NCBI GenBank assembly: GCA_002298785.1
Contig: DBMR01000059.1
Coordinates: 123,094 to 187,093 of the forward strand
DNA from: Verrucomicrobia subdivision 3 bacterium UBA693
Lineage (GTDB): Bacteria; Verrucomicrobiota; Verrucomicrobiia; Limisphaerales; UBA8199
Reading direction: 5' to 3'
Length of the DNA: 64,000 bases
Below the pieces are notes generated by a model, which was given only the letters and a program-made list of their open reading frames with translations, made no database searches and had not been told where the DNA came from. The translations under genes and the position numbers were made by a program. Shown here piece by piece: positions 46,111-54,808 of the stretch (the first letter of the stretch is position 1; each line of letters begins with the position of its first letter).

Positions 46111-47325
46111 ATGAATCGCAAACAATTAACGACTCTCCTTGTTCTGGTGGTGGTCCTGGGTGGCGCCGGTTTGCTGCTCCGCAATCGGCAAAGCGCCTCG
46201 TGGACAGAGAAGAATCCCGCCGTTGGGAAAAAACTGCTGGGAGATTTCCCTGTCAATGATGTCGCGCAGATTGTGGTGCGCAAAGGCACCAATGTGCTGG
46301 TGCTGGCGAAGAAAGAAGACCTGTGGCGGGTGCAGGAACGCAAGGATTACCCGGCCAACTACCCGGAAATCAGCGATTTTCTGCTCAAAGTGCGCGAGTT
46401 GAAAGTGGTGCAAAGCGAGCAGGTCGGGCCTTCCCAACTCCCCCGACTCTCGCTCGCCAACGATAGCTCCACCAACGCGCCACTGGTGGTGGAGTTCAAA
46501 GATGCCTCGGGAAAGAACCTGCGACAATTGTTCCTCGGGAAGCAGCATCTGAAAAAGTCCAATCAACCTTCGCCGATGGGCATGGGCGAAGGCGGCGAAA
46601 ACCAGGGCTGGCCGGACGGGCGCTATGTGAAGACCGGGGCTGATTCGGACTCCGTGGCTCTGATCAGTGACCCCCTGACTTCGATTGAACCCCGACCGGA
46701 ACAATGGTTGAGCAAAGATTTCTTCAAGGTGGAGAAGCTGCGCGGGGTAGAGGTGACGCACTTGGAAGCTACGAATTCCTGGAAAGCCACGCGTGAAACC
46801 GAAGCCGGAGACTGGAAATTGGCCGATGTGAAATCCGGCGAGCAGTTTGACACCGGCAAGGCTTCCGGCCTTTCCTCCGCGTTGAATGCCCCGTCATTTA
46901 CTGACGTCGTAATCGATCCACAGCCGCAAGTCCTTGGCCTCGACAAGCCCACCCAGGTGGTGTTGGAGACCTTTGACCATTTTGTCTACCAACTCAAAGT
47001 GGGAGTTAAGACCAACGACAATTACCCGCTGACCATCACCGTATCCGCCGATCTTCCGAAACAACGGGTGGCAGGCAAAGATGAGAAGCCAGAGGACAAG
47101 GCCAAGCTGGATAAAGAATTCGCCGACAACCAGAAGAAGCTCCAGGAAAAGCTGGCACAGGAAAAATCGCTGGCGAGTTGGACATACCTGGTATCTAGTT
47201 GGACTCTGGACGCGATTACCAAGCCCCGCCATCAGTTGATGGCGGAAAAGAAGGAAGAACCGAAAGCCGACGATAAGGCGTTGGAACCTCCGGCAGCCTT
47301 AACTCCGCTTCCTGGTAATCCTTAA
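46111..47325 (+). CDS. DUF4340-like protein (frequent GldG partner), N-terminal TM
   Basis: N-terminal TM (LLVLVVVLGGAGLLL), then ..FPVNDVAQIVVRKGTNVLVLAKKEDLWRV.. The gene sits directly downstream of the GldG-like gene, as in many genomes. Confidence 0.55.
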   Translation: MNRKQLTTLLVLVVVLGGAGLLLRNRQSASWTEKNPAVGKKLLGDFPVNDVAQIVVRKGTNVLVLAKKEDLWRVQERKDYPANYPEISDFLLKVRELKVVQSEQVGPSQLPRLSLANDSSTNAPLVVEFKDASGKNLRQLFLGKQHLKKSNQPSPMGMGEGGENQGWPDGRYVKTGADSDSVALISDPLTSIEPRPEQWLSKDFFKVEKLRGVEVTHLEATNSWKATRETEAGDWKLADVKSGEQFDTGKASGLSSALNAPSFTDVVIDPQPQVLGLDKPTQVVLETFDHFVYQLKVGVKTNDNYPLTITVSADLPKQRVAGKDEKPEDKAKLDKEFADNQKKLQEKLAQEKSLASWTYLVSSWTLDAITKPRHQLMAEKKEEPKADDKALEPPAALTPLPGNP

Positions 47326-47338
47326 TTAACCCGGTCGA

Positions 47339-50300
47339 CTAAAGCCGCAGGCGGTAGAATTTGCAGGATTCGGTGAGATCCACCGTGATGGGTGACTGGC
47401 CGGTGACGTCGCGATAAGGACCGCTTGCTTCGTCGGCTTCCTGCAATACTCCCCTCGGCCAACTGAGTTGCATTCGGTCTACCGTGACCTGAGCGCTTAT
47501 CGTCGGTAGCGGGTGAACTGTCACATGAACTACGGTCGAGGCGCTCAGGCTTGGAACGCCGTTGTCACTCGCGATGACCGTTATGTCTACGACCTCAGGA
47601 GCAGATTGAGGCTTCCAGAGAAAATCTCCACTTAGCCTGCCAATTGAGGCATTTGCAGGAGCGCCCGTTCCAAGGTGGAAGGTTATTGTCTGTGGGGGGC
47701 GATCCGTGTCGGTGGCACTCACGGTAAAAGCCAGTGTCTGTCCCAGGGTCACTTCCAGCGCGTTGATTGCAGTGATCGTTGGTGCGGTGTTTGGCAAGAC
47801 ATTAGACGCACGGGGCGTAGGGATGGTCATGGACATGATGGTGGCTGATCCATCGGGGAATCGTCCCTGGCTGACATCGGTCACCTGGCTTCCAAAAGTA
47901 ACCGCATCGATCTGGGTGCCGTCGGGCGCGAAAATGCCGATGGCTTCGCCGCCCTTGCTTAGCGCAAAGTCCGCGTGCAAGTCGGGTTGGTTGGTGCTGT
48001 TCTGGCTGGGTTCGCCATCCGCCCACACGAGCAAAAAGCCACCCGGCGGGATCAGGTAATGTCCATTCTTGGGCACCTTATACATCGTCTTATTGGTGAG
48101 GGTGTCGGTGAGATAGTAACCGCCCAGGTCCACTGTATTCGTGCCCGGATTATAGAGCTCAAACCAATCTTCGAATTGACTGTCGACGGGATCAGCGAGA
48201 GTGGTCTTGTTGTCGGCCATCCACTCATTGATGAAAACGGTAATGGGCGCGGAGTCGCCCCGGTTCGTTGCGCCGGGGGTGTAATAGAACATTTCGCCAC
48301 GGTAGAAGGGTTGTCCATCCGGCATATCACCATAGCTCCAGTTGGAGGGCAAATTGGTATAATTCAGGTAATCCACCAACTGGACCGAGTTACTAGAAAG
48401 GCGGGAGAAGGCGACCTGGCCGGCGCCCGAGGCCAGGCGGAAGCTCGCATGCACCGCGCTACTGGTGGCTTGATTCGTCTGCCCGTCGCACCACACGATC
48501 AGGAAGCCGCCCGCCGGAACGATGGCATTCGAGGGGAAAGCCCATTTGGCATAATTGGTATAACTGTCACTGAGAAAATAGCCACCAAGGCTGATCCCAT
48601 TGGTTCCGGAGTTATAAAGTTCCACCCAGGGGTCGTGTTCGCCGGCATTGTCCGTCGGGCCGGAAATGTTGTCGGCTTGCAGCTCATTAAGCCACAGGGG
48701 CGGAAACGGGGCCAGCGCGGACAGGACGGAATTGGCAGCTCCGGGTGTCGCCAGTGCGACAGAGTTGGAAATTCCCGGAAAATCGGCCACGAGCTGCAGT
48801 CCAAAAGTGATATCCGAACTGCCGGCGCCGTTTTGGTGCACTTCAACCGCCACGACGTTCGTGCCAGGCGGGAAAAGAGCAGTTGAGAGCGTGAAAACAT
48901 GGGGGTTAATCGCATCACCACTGGGAGGTTGGCTGGTAGTGAAAGTGCGATTTGTGACGATCCCGTCTGCCATGCGGATCCGTTTGGCCTCAACGCCGTT
49001 GACGTAAAATACGCCGCCATCATCAAGGTAGGAGGAGGCGTTTATCGTAAAGCCGCTCAGGTCATTAGTGAGCTTCAGTTTGGTGCGGAAATAATCGGCG
49101 TGGCCAGCCAGGACATTATTAGTGGCCAGGCCAGGCGGATTCAAAGTGGTCCGAATCAGCGGGGTGATTGCGATATTGTCCTCGTACGCCAGCAAACCCG
49201 GGCCGGAGGGCCAGGAATTGTCGTTGTAGGCCGGGGCGGTCCAATTAACGCCGTCCAGATTGGACACCTGCATGAACTTCCAGGTGTTGGTGTAAGCCAG
49301 CAGCGAGAGGGACTGCGCGGGGATTACCGTCACGTTGCCGACTGTCCAGTTCGCGACGCGGCAGTTGTCTTGCGAGGGGTCGCGTAGCTGCAACGCGCTG
49401 CCGGGAGTTGTCGCGGGCCATGGTGCGGACGCCTCGTAACGCACTCGATCGACCACCGTAAAAGTCCCCGCCGGCTGTCCCGGCCTCAACAAGCTCAAGG
49501 TTTCGCCATTCTGCTGAAGGTCTCCCGAGAATTCGTCAAAAACCAGAAGGTTCTGGCCATAAACTGAGCCAAAGACCGAACTATTCTTCGCCAGGATAAG
49601 GTAACCGCGCGGAGGAATCATGGCGCCGTTGGGAAACGTGTAAGCCAGGCCATTGAGATTCCAACCCGAAAGATCGAAAGCATTGGTGGTCGAAGTATTG
49701 AAAAGTTCCACATACTCGGCGTCGGGTACCAGGGGCTTAAACATGATTTCGTTGATCACCACGGCGCCCGCGGGAGCAGGCACAATCGCGTTGTAGGTCA
49801 TCGCCACCGCATTGCTGGCACCGGTGATCACCTGGCCTCGCGTATCCAGGCCGACCACGCTGAAGTAGTTGCTCCCTGTCTGGAGAGGAACGGATGCGAC
49901 CCAATTATTGACCGAAGTCCAGGTTACGGACCAGGCTGCGCCATTTACCGCAATGGAACCGATGTCGATCGGAGCCGTGCCGCTCAGCACTCCCAGGCCA
50001 TTGCTGACGGTTACCGTGGGATTGACCGTGAAATTTGCGGCCACGGTGGCGAGTTGAGAAACAATGTAGTCACGTCGTTGGGCAGCATAATCCTTCAAGC
50101 TCTGGGGTGATTCGGAACCAACGCCCGCAGCCACGAACGCGTTGTAGCGCGGATCGAGCCTGGCCGTCAACGCCGCTGGCTGCAATGGGCCGTTGACCGC
50201 ATCGCTGAAGGCTCGCCAGTAAGCGCGTTGAAATTCCGGGAATGCCCGCAGCGCATTCATCAGGGGTTCATTGCCGCCAAAGAGCGGATCTGTAACCGGA

Positions 50301-53300
50301 TTGCCGCCTGAACTGAATACAAAGTCGACATCCCAGGGCAGCAGCACCCAGGGCGACTGAGTGGGTTTGTAGGCGAACATGTTCTTGCCACGGGCATAAC
50401 CGTAACTATCCCAATTGCCAACGATTCGATCCATGGCCAAGACCCGCATGAATTCCTCGACGTTCAGCAACCGCGCCACCCGCGAGCGGAATGGTTCGGG
50501 CTGTGGCGAGTTCAATGCGTCGACCAACTGGAACAGGTTGGTGAAGGCGTTCGCGGACTCGCTGGTCGCACGTGGGCGCCAGTTCCACCGGTAACGAGCC
50601 GTCTTCTTCGCGCCGTCCGTGGTCGTGAAATTCTCCAGCGTCGCATCCCGATTACCCAGCATGCTTTCGGCGGAGTCATTGAATTCGAACCAGTCCTCGA
50701 TCTTGTGGAGATTGCCTGAGGAATCGTCGGGAAACCGTTCCTTGACCACCTCGGCATTGGGTTGCTGCGCGTCCTCGTAAAGCACGCTGCGTTGCTGGCC
50801 ATTGAAAAAGAGCCGGATATAGCGGCGGTTCAAGTAAGGCGCGCCCAATTTTCGGCCGATCCAAAATCCGGTCTGCTCGGCCTGATAAGTGGGATCGCTG
50901 TTCAAGTTTCCGATCGTCGCCAAAACGAAATCGACCGATCCAAGCAAGAGATCGTCCTTGGGAAAATTCACCTCGTAATCACAGGCATTGCCATCCGGCG
51001 AGTTGTAGCCGGGGGTGTGAAATGGACTGCCGCTATAGAGTGTGTCAACATTGTAGCACACCCGCGTGCCACCATAGACAAAGGTGGCGTCAACGGGTGC
51101 ATTGCTTTGCTTCTCGCGGTTGGCCCAGCGATTAACGTTGCTTTGAGACACCCACAGCCGATAACTGGCGAAGCTGCCGATGGTACTGGGCTCGCCGAAG
51201 CCGATCAGGCACTCACGCGCGGGTGCGGCAGCGGGGAAGCGGGAGACTGCGTTTGGCGTGCCGGCATCCCGCGCTTCGATGTAAAAAGCCACCCGGGCGC
51301 CCGTCGCCTGCCCGGGGATGGTGACCGAGTAGAAACCCGCCCCCGCATAATTCATGGGAACGCTCACGTAATTGGATGACGGATCCACGCGGTATTTCAA
51401 CAGGATCTGCGAAAGACCATCTGGATCCTCCGCCCGGGCGACGACCGAGACGGTTTGGAAGGCGGCCGGAAGGATTGGCCAATGGCTAACCTCCACGATT
51501 GCCGGACCTGAATTGGCGCGGTATTGGGTGTTCTGGGTGCCTGGCGAACCGAGATCTCGCGTCGTCAAAATATTTCCAGTGGCCTCAAGCCAATTGCCAT
51601 GCAGCCGAAGGAGCAGTTCCTGGTGACCCTTTAACCAGCGCACTTTCGCACGTAGTGTCGCGGTTGATCCCTCAGGCAGAGTTTGAGTCAGCACCGTGCG
51701 AATGCGATTGGCGCCGGTATCACCGCGATCCGAAGCAATCACGTGCAGGCATCCGCCACTAACACCGCTGCTCGATTGCCATGCGGATTGTTCGTGTGTG
51801 CCTTGAAAGAACCATCCGTCCGCGCCGGAATCGAAAGTGCCGTTGGCCACCACGTTGGCTCCGCCCTGGGGAATGACCTCGACGTTATCTATCAGGCACT
51901 CGCCCGCCCCCAGCAGGAAAAGCTGCAGTTGATCCGCCACCGCCATCGCGCCGTTGTCCAGAACACCCGTAAACTCAACCGTCGTCCAAGCGCTCTTCGA
52001 TGACTCATCGCTATCCGCCCAGTTAGGGGCGAGGCTGCCGTCGCCTCGCGAGTCGATCCGCTCCAGACTGCTGCCACCGCCGTCGCTCCAGAGTCCCCAG
52101 CGCCCCCCTGACCGATAGGATACTTCATCCACTACGATGTGGACTTTGTTGGTGATGAGTTGTCCGGATTGGTTCGTAGACAACAGTTCATGAGGCTTGT
52201 CGAGGCGGATGGTGTCTCCTCCTTTGGCCAGCTTGCCGCTGAAATCGCCGAGGACCCTGGTCGGATCCAGGTTGGGATGAGCCGCCAGCAGCTTCGGGCT
52301 GTCTTTCGCAACCACCAGGTATCCGCCGGCGGGCAACGAAGTTCCGGTTGGGAAAGTAAAGCTGACACCGCCACTCAGCCGCCACTTTCCGAGGGTCGCC
52401 GAATTGGTTCCACGATTATGGATTTCCACAAACTCTTCGGCGTCACTACCGCTGGCGGGGTGATAGTGTAGTTCATTTATTACCAAATCGCTGGCTAGCG
52501 GAGGAGCGTTGTTAGTACCCAGGGTGACGCTGGAAAGCCTTCGAAAAACCGGGGAGCCATCGGGGTAGCGACCGAAAGCGACTCCATTATCCTGGGCACC
52601 GAAGCGAACCGCGCTCAGTACCCTGCTGCCGTCAGCGGCGATCAAGTACAGCGTCTCGCCGGCGGCGCTCAAACGGAAGCCAAGCTGCGTTCCGGTGAAG
52701 GCCAGGAATCCTCGGGCCGGGATCGTCGTGCCCGCTGCCATGCGGAATCGATTGGTGGTCGGATCGTCGGTGAGCACGCAACCACTGAGGTCCACCGCGG
52801 CGGCGCTGTAATTATACAACTCGCAGGCGTCCTCCTGTGGAGGGTCGGTGTGGGACAGGACTTCGTTGATTAGCACGGGCCGGTTTGGGAGCGGAGTGTA
52901 ACTATCATAGGCGCCAGGAGAACCGCCGATGCGATCACTGGCGCTCCAGGCGCGCGGATCCCCCTCGCCGTAGCTGGGACGTGCCAGCACCAGCGAATGC
53001 CCCGCGCCATCCGCCGCCGGCGGCCATGGCGGCTGGTCGGAATAATTAATTTCGAGCAACACTGCATCGAGTTCGTCCCGCAATCGTATCGTGCCGCCGG
53101 AGTTCTTCAGCACATTCGTGTAGTTTCCTGATTCGGAATTAGTCATCGGGCCGAGCACATTCGCCAATGCATAAACGGCCTGAACATCGGTGGGATTGGC
53201 TGCCAGGAGACGGTAACCCAGCGCCGGGATGCTGGTGCCTTCCGGAAACGTATAACCCACGTCACCGGAAATCCGATATCCGCTGAGGTCCTCGGGCCAC

Positions 53301-54625
53301 GGATTCGAGTTGTAGATCTCGATGAACTCCAGGTTCTTTCCATCCAGGCGGCTGGCGGGGTGGTACATGATCTCGGTTATCGCAATGGGCGTGCGGCGGC
53401 TGGATGGCCCAGCCGGTTCGTTCGTGCCGATGATGTAACTCATGGGCAGCGGGGTGTAAGAAACAGAAAATATCTTCTGGCTGCTGGGAAGGATCGTGTT
53501 TGGCGTTTGGGCACGATCGCGGAGATTGCTGACGGTCAATAGATAGGAAGAGCCCGTGGTAAGGGGGGTGGTCCTCAATAATACCGTTATGCCATCGTCC
53601 AAAAGTGTGGCGCCCAGCACCTGCACGTTGTTGTTAATGAAAAAGTTTCCGGAAACCCCGGCAGTGATCGGGTCCATCAACTCGGAAAATCCGACCGTAA
53701 CCAGGGCTGGATCACCAAAGTTCTGTGCGTAGGAAATCGTGGGTCGCGTGGTATCTGGATTGACCGTGAGCAGTGCCGTATTGCTGTTGGTGGCTCCATA
53801 GAAATTGATCGCCCGGCAGTAAATGGTGCTGCCATTGTCGGCAAGCCGCAGCGGACTGATCGAATAGGATGCCGCATTGGCTCCGGGCACATTTGTCCCC
53901 TTGCGTATCCACTGCAAAGATGCCCCGAGGGAGCGAGTCAGCTGAACAGAGAAAGTCGCGGCAGCACCTTCAACCGCAGACACACTTTGGGGTTGGACCG
54001 CAAAGGAGGGCGATCCGATTCCGTAAGGGATCAAGTTGGCGTTGGGGATCGGCGCGCTGCCGTCGGCTGGTTCGACATCGCCAGGCTTTTGCCAGGTAAC
54101 CGCAAGGTTATCGTTTCCACCGCCTTCCTTCATTAAGGCCTCGATGTAGTAACGCTGTCCGGCGGTGAGCTGTATGGCCGCGGACTTTTGCAAGGCGTCC
54201 TGGTGGTAACTGCGAGGGGAGGTCCAGCCGTCCACGCGCGCGATCAAGCGCTTTGCGGCGGGCGTCTCATTCGTGCTGAGAAAGAGTTGGGAAGCATCAT
54301 CACTGGCGATCAGGAAAATGTAATTGCCGGTAATGGGCGGAACGAGCAGCGCCCGCAAGCGTTGACCGTAGCTATCATAAACATCGGCGGGGGCCTCGAA
54401 TCCGTTAGTCAATATTCCGTCAAAAGAAGGGCTGGTGGGAAACGCCGCGTTGTTGGTGAGATCCGAAACCACCGAACCCGAGATATTCAACCACACCTCG
54501 CGCAACACACCGTTGGATTGTGCGTGGGCTGGGGAGGAGCCTGACAAGGTTGCCGCAAGGCAGAGCAGGGGAGCTAATCGGCGCAGGTGGATCCCGCTAG
54601 AGCGCCGTCCAAAATCAAATTGCAT
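47339..54625 (-). CDS. giant secreted multidomain protein (2428 aa): signal peptide, PA14, Ig-like, 3 lamin-tail domains (LTD), CBM-like, CotH kinase-like domain, Ig-like, 3 more LTDs, cadherin/Ig-like, conserved C-terminal tail
   Basis: Signal peptide LAPLLCLAATLSGSSPAHA. PA14 (aa ~36-185): ..GNYIFLIASDDASQLFL... LTDs: IAITEIMYHP..EFIEIYN (aa~414), VLINEVLSHT..ELYNYS (~584), LVINELHYHP..EFVEIHN (~714), VVINEIMFKP..YVELFN (~1622), LWLNELQADN..WVELYN (~1977), VFINEWMADN..WFELYN (~2130). CotH (aa ~1150-1500): ..ERFPDDSSGNLHKIEDWFEF..RIVGNWDSYGYARGKNMFAYK..WVLLPWDVDFVF... Confidence 0.85.
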   Translation of the reverse strand: MQFDFGRRSSGIHLRRLAPLLCLAATLSGSSPAHAQSNGVLREVWLNISGSVVSDLTNNAAFPTSPSFDGILTNGFEAPADVYDSYGQRLRALLVPPITGNYIFLIASDDASQLFLSTNETPAAKRLIARVDGWTSPRSYHQDALQKSAAIQLTAGQRYYIEALMKEGGGNDNLAVTWQKPGDVEPADGSAPIPNANLIPYGIGSPSFAVQPQSVSAVEGAAATFSVQLTRSLGASLQWIRKGTNVPGANAASYSISPLRLADNGSTIYCRAINFYGATNSNTALLTVNPDTTRPTISYAQNFGDPALVTVGFSELMDPITAGVSGNFFINNNVQVLGATLLDDGITVLLRTTPLTTGSSYLLTVSNLRDRAQTPNTILPSSQKIFSVSYTPLPMSYIIGTNEPAGPSSRRTPIAITEIMYHPASRLDGKNLEFIEIYNSNPWPEDLSGYRISGDVGYTFPEGTSIPALGYRLLAANPTDVQAVYALANVLGPMTNSESGNYTNVLKNSGGTIRLRDELDAVLLEINYSDQPPWPPAADGAGHSLVLARPSYGEGDPRAWSASDRIGGSPGAYDSYTPLPNRPVLINEVLSHTDPPQEDACELYNYSAAAVDLSGCVLTDDPTTNRFRMAAGTTIPARGFLAFTGTQLGFRLSAAGETLYLIAADGSRVLSAVRFGAQDNGVAFGRYPDGSPVFRRLSSVTLGTNNAPPLASDLVINELHYHPASGSDAEEFVEIHNRGTNSATLGKWRLSGGVSFTFPTGTSLPAGGYLVVAKDSPKLLAAHPNLDPTRVLGDFSGKLAKGGDTIRLDKPHELLSTNQSGQLITNKVHIVVDEVSYRSGGRWGLWSDGGGSSLERIDSRGDGSLAPNWADSDESSKSAWTTVEFTGVLDNGAMAVADQLQLFLLGAGECLIDNVEVIPQGGANVVANGTFDSGADGWFFQGTHEQSAWQSSSGVSGGCLHVIASDRGDTGANRIRTVLTQTLPEGSTATLRAKVRWLKGHQELLLRLHGNWLEATGNILTTRDLGSPGTQNTQYRANSGPAIVEVSHWPILPAAFQTVSVVARAEDPDGLSQILLKYRVDPSSNYVSVPMNYAGAGFYSVTIPGQATGARVAFYIEARDAGTPNAVSRFPAAAPARECLIGFGEPSTIGSFASYRLWVSQSNVNRWANREKQSNAPVDATFVYGGTRVCYNVDTLYSGSPFHTPGYNSPDGNACDYEVNFPKDDLLLGSVDFVLATIGNLNSDPTYQAEQTGFWIGRKLGAPYLNRRYIRLFFNGQQRSVLYEDAQQPNAEVVKERFPDDSSGNLHKIEDWFEFNDSAESMLGNRDATLENFTTTDGAKKTARYRWNWRPRATSESANAFTNLFQLVDALNSPQPEPFRSRVARLLNVEEFMRVLAMDRIVGNWDSYGYARGKNMFAYKPTQSPWVLLPWDVDFVFSSGGNPVTDPLFGGNEPLMNALRAFPEFQRAYWRAFSDAVNGPLQPAALTARLDPRYNAFVAAGVGSESPQSLKDYAAQRRDYIVSQLATVAANFTVNPTVTVSNGLGVLSGTAPIDIGSIAVNGAAWSVTWTSVNNWVASVPLQTGSNYFSVVGLDTRGQVITGASNAVAMTYNAIVPAPAGAVVINEIMFKPLVPDAEYVELFNTSTTNAFDLSGWNLNGLAYTFPNGAMIPPRGYLILAKNSSVFGSVYGQNLLVFDEFSGDLQQNGETLSLLRPGQPAGTFTVVDRVRYEASAPWPATTPGSALQLRDPSQDNCRVANWTVGNVTVIPAQSLSLLAYTNTWKFMQVSNLDGVNWTAPAYNDNSWPSGPGLLAYEDNIAITPLIRTTLNPPGLATNNVLAGHADYFRTKLKLTNDLSGFTINASSYLDDGGVFYVNGVEAKRIRMADGIVTNRTFTTSQPPSGDAINPHVFTLSTALFPPGTNVVAVEVHQNGAGSSDITFGLQLVADFPGISNSVALATPGAANSVLSALAPFPPLWLNELQADNISGPTDNAGEHDPWVELYNSGTNGISLGGYFLSDSYTNYAKWAFPSNAIVPAGGFLIVWCDGQTNQATSSAVHASFRLASGAGQVAFSRLSSNSVQLVDYLNYTNLPSNWSYGDMPDGQPFYRGEMFYYTPGATNRGDSAPITVFINEWMADNKTTLADPVDSQFEDWFELYNPGTNTVDLGGYYLTDTLTNKTMYKVPKNGHYLIPPGGFLLVWADGEPSQNSTNQPDLHADFALSKGGEAIGIFAPDGTQIDAVTFGSQVTDVSQGRFPDGSATIMSMTIPTPRASNVLPNTAPTITAINALEVTLGQTLAFTVSATDTDRPPQTITFHLGTGAPANASIGRLSGDFLWKPQSAPEVVDITVIASDNGVPSLSASTVVHVTVHPLPTISAQVTVDRMQLSWPRGVLQEADEASGPYRDVTGQSPITVDLTESCKFYRLRL

Positions 54626-54681
54626 ACATTAAAACACTGTCAAATTCCGTGGCTCCGAAGTTTCTTCTACCGGCCTGCGCG

Positions 54682-54716
54682 AAAAAGCAGGGGACGCTGT
54701 TGCCAGGCGTCCCCTG
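54682..54716 (-). terminator. rho-independent terminator downstream of the LamG-giant gene
   Basis: Minus-strand read: CAGGGGACGC-ctggcaaca-GCGTCCCCTG followed by CTTTTTC. It is a perfect 10-bp GC-rich stem plus a T-run, about 95 nt after the stop at 54809. Confidence 0.7.
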
Positions 54717-54808
54717 TGATTTACTTCAACTAGTTGATCGAGAGAACAACACCCTTCGGTCATCACCCTGGCCGCCTTGCGGCAGCCAGGGTTGAGCGGA
54801 AGGCGATC

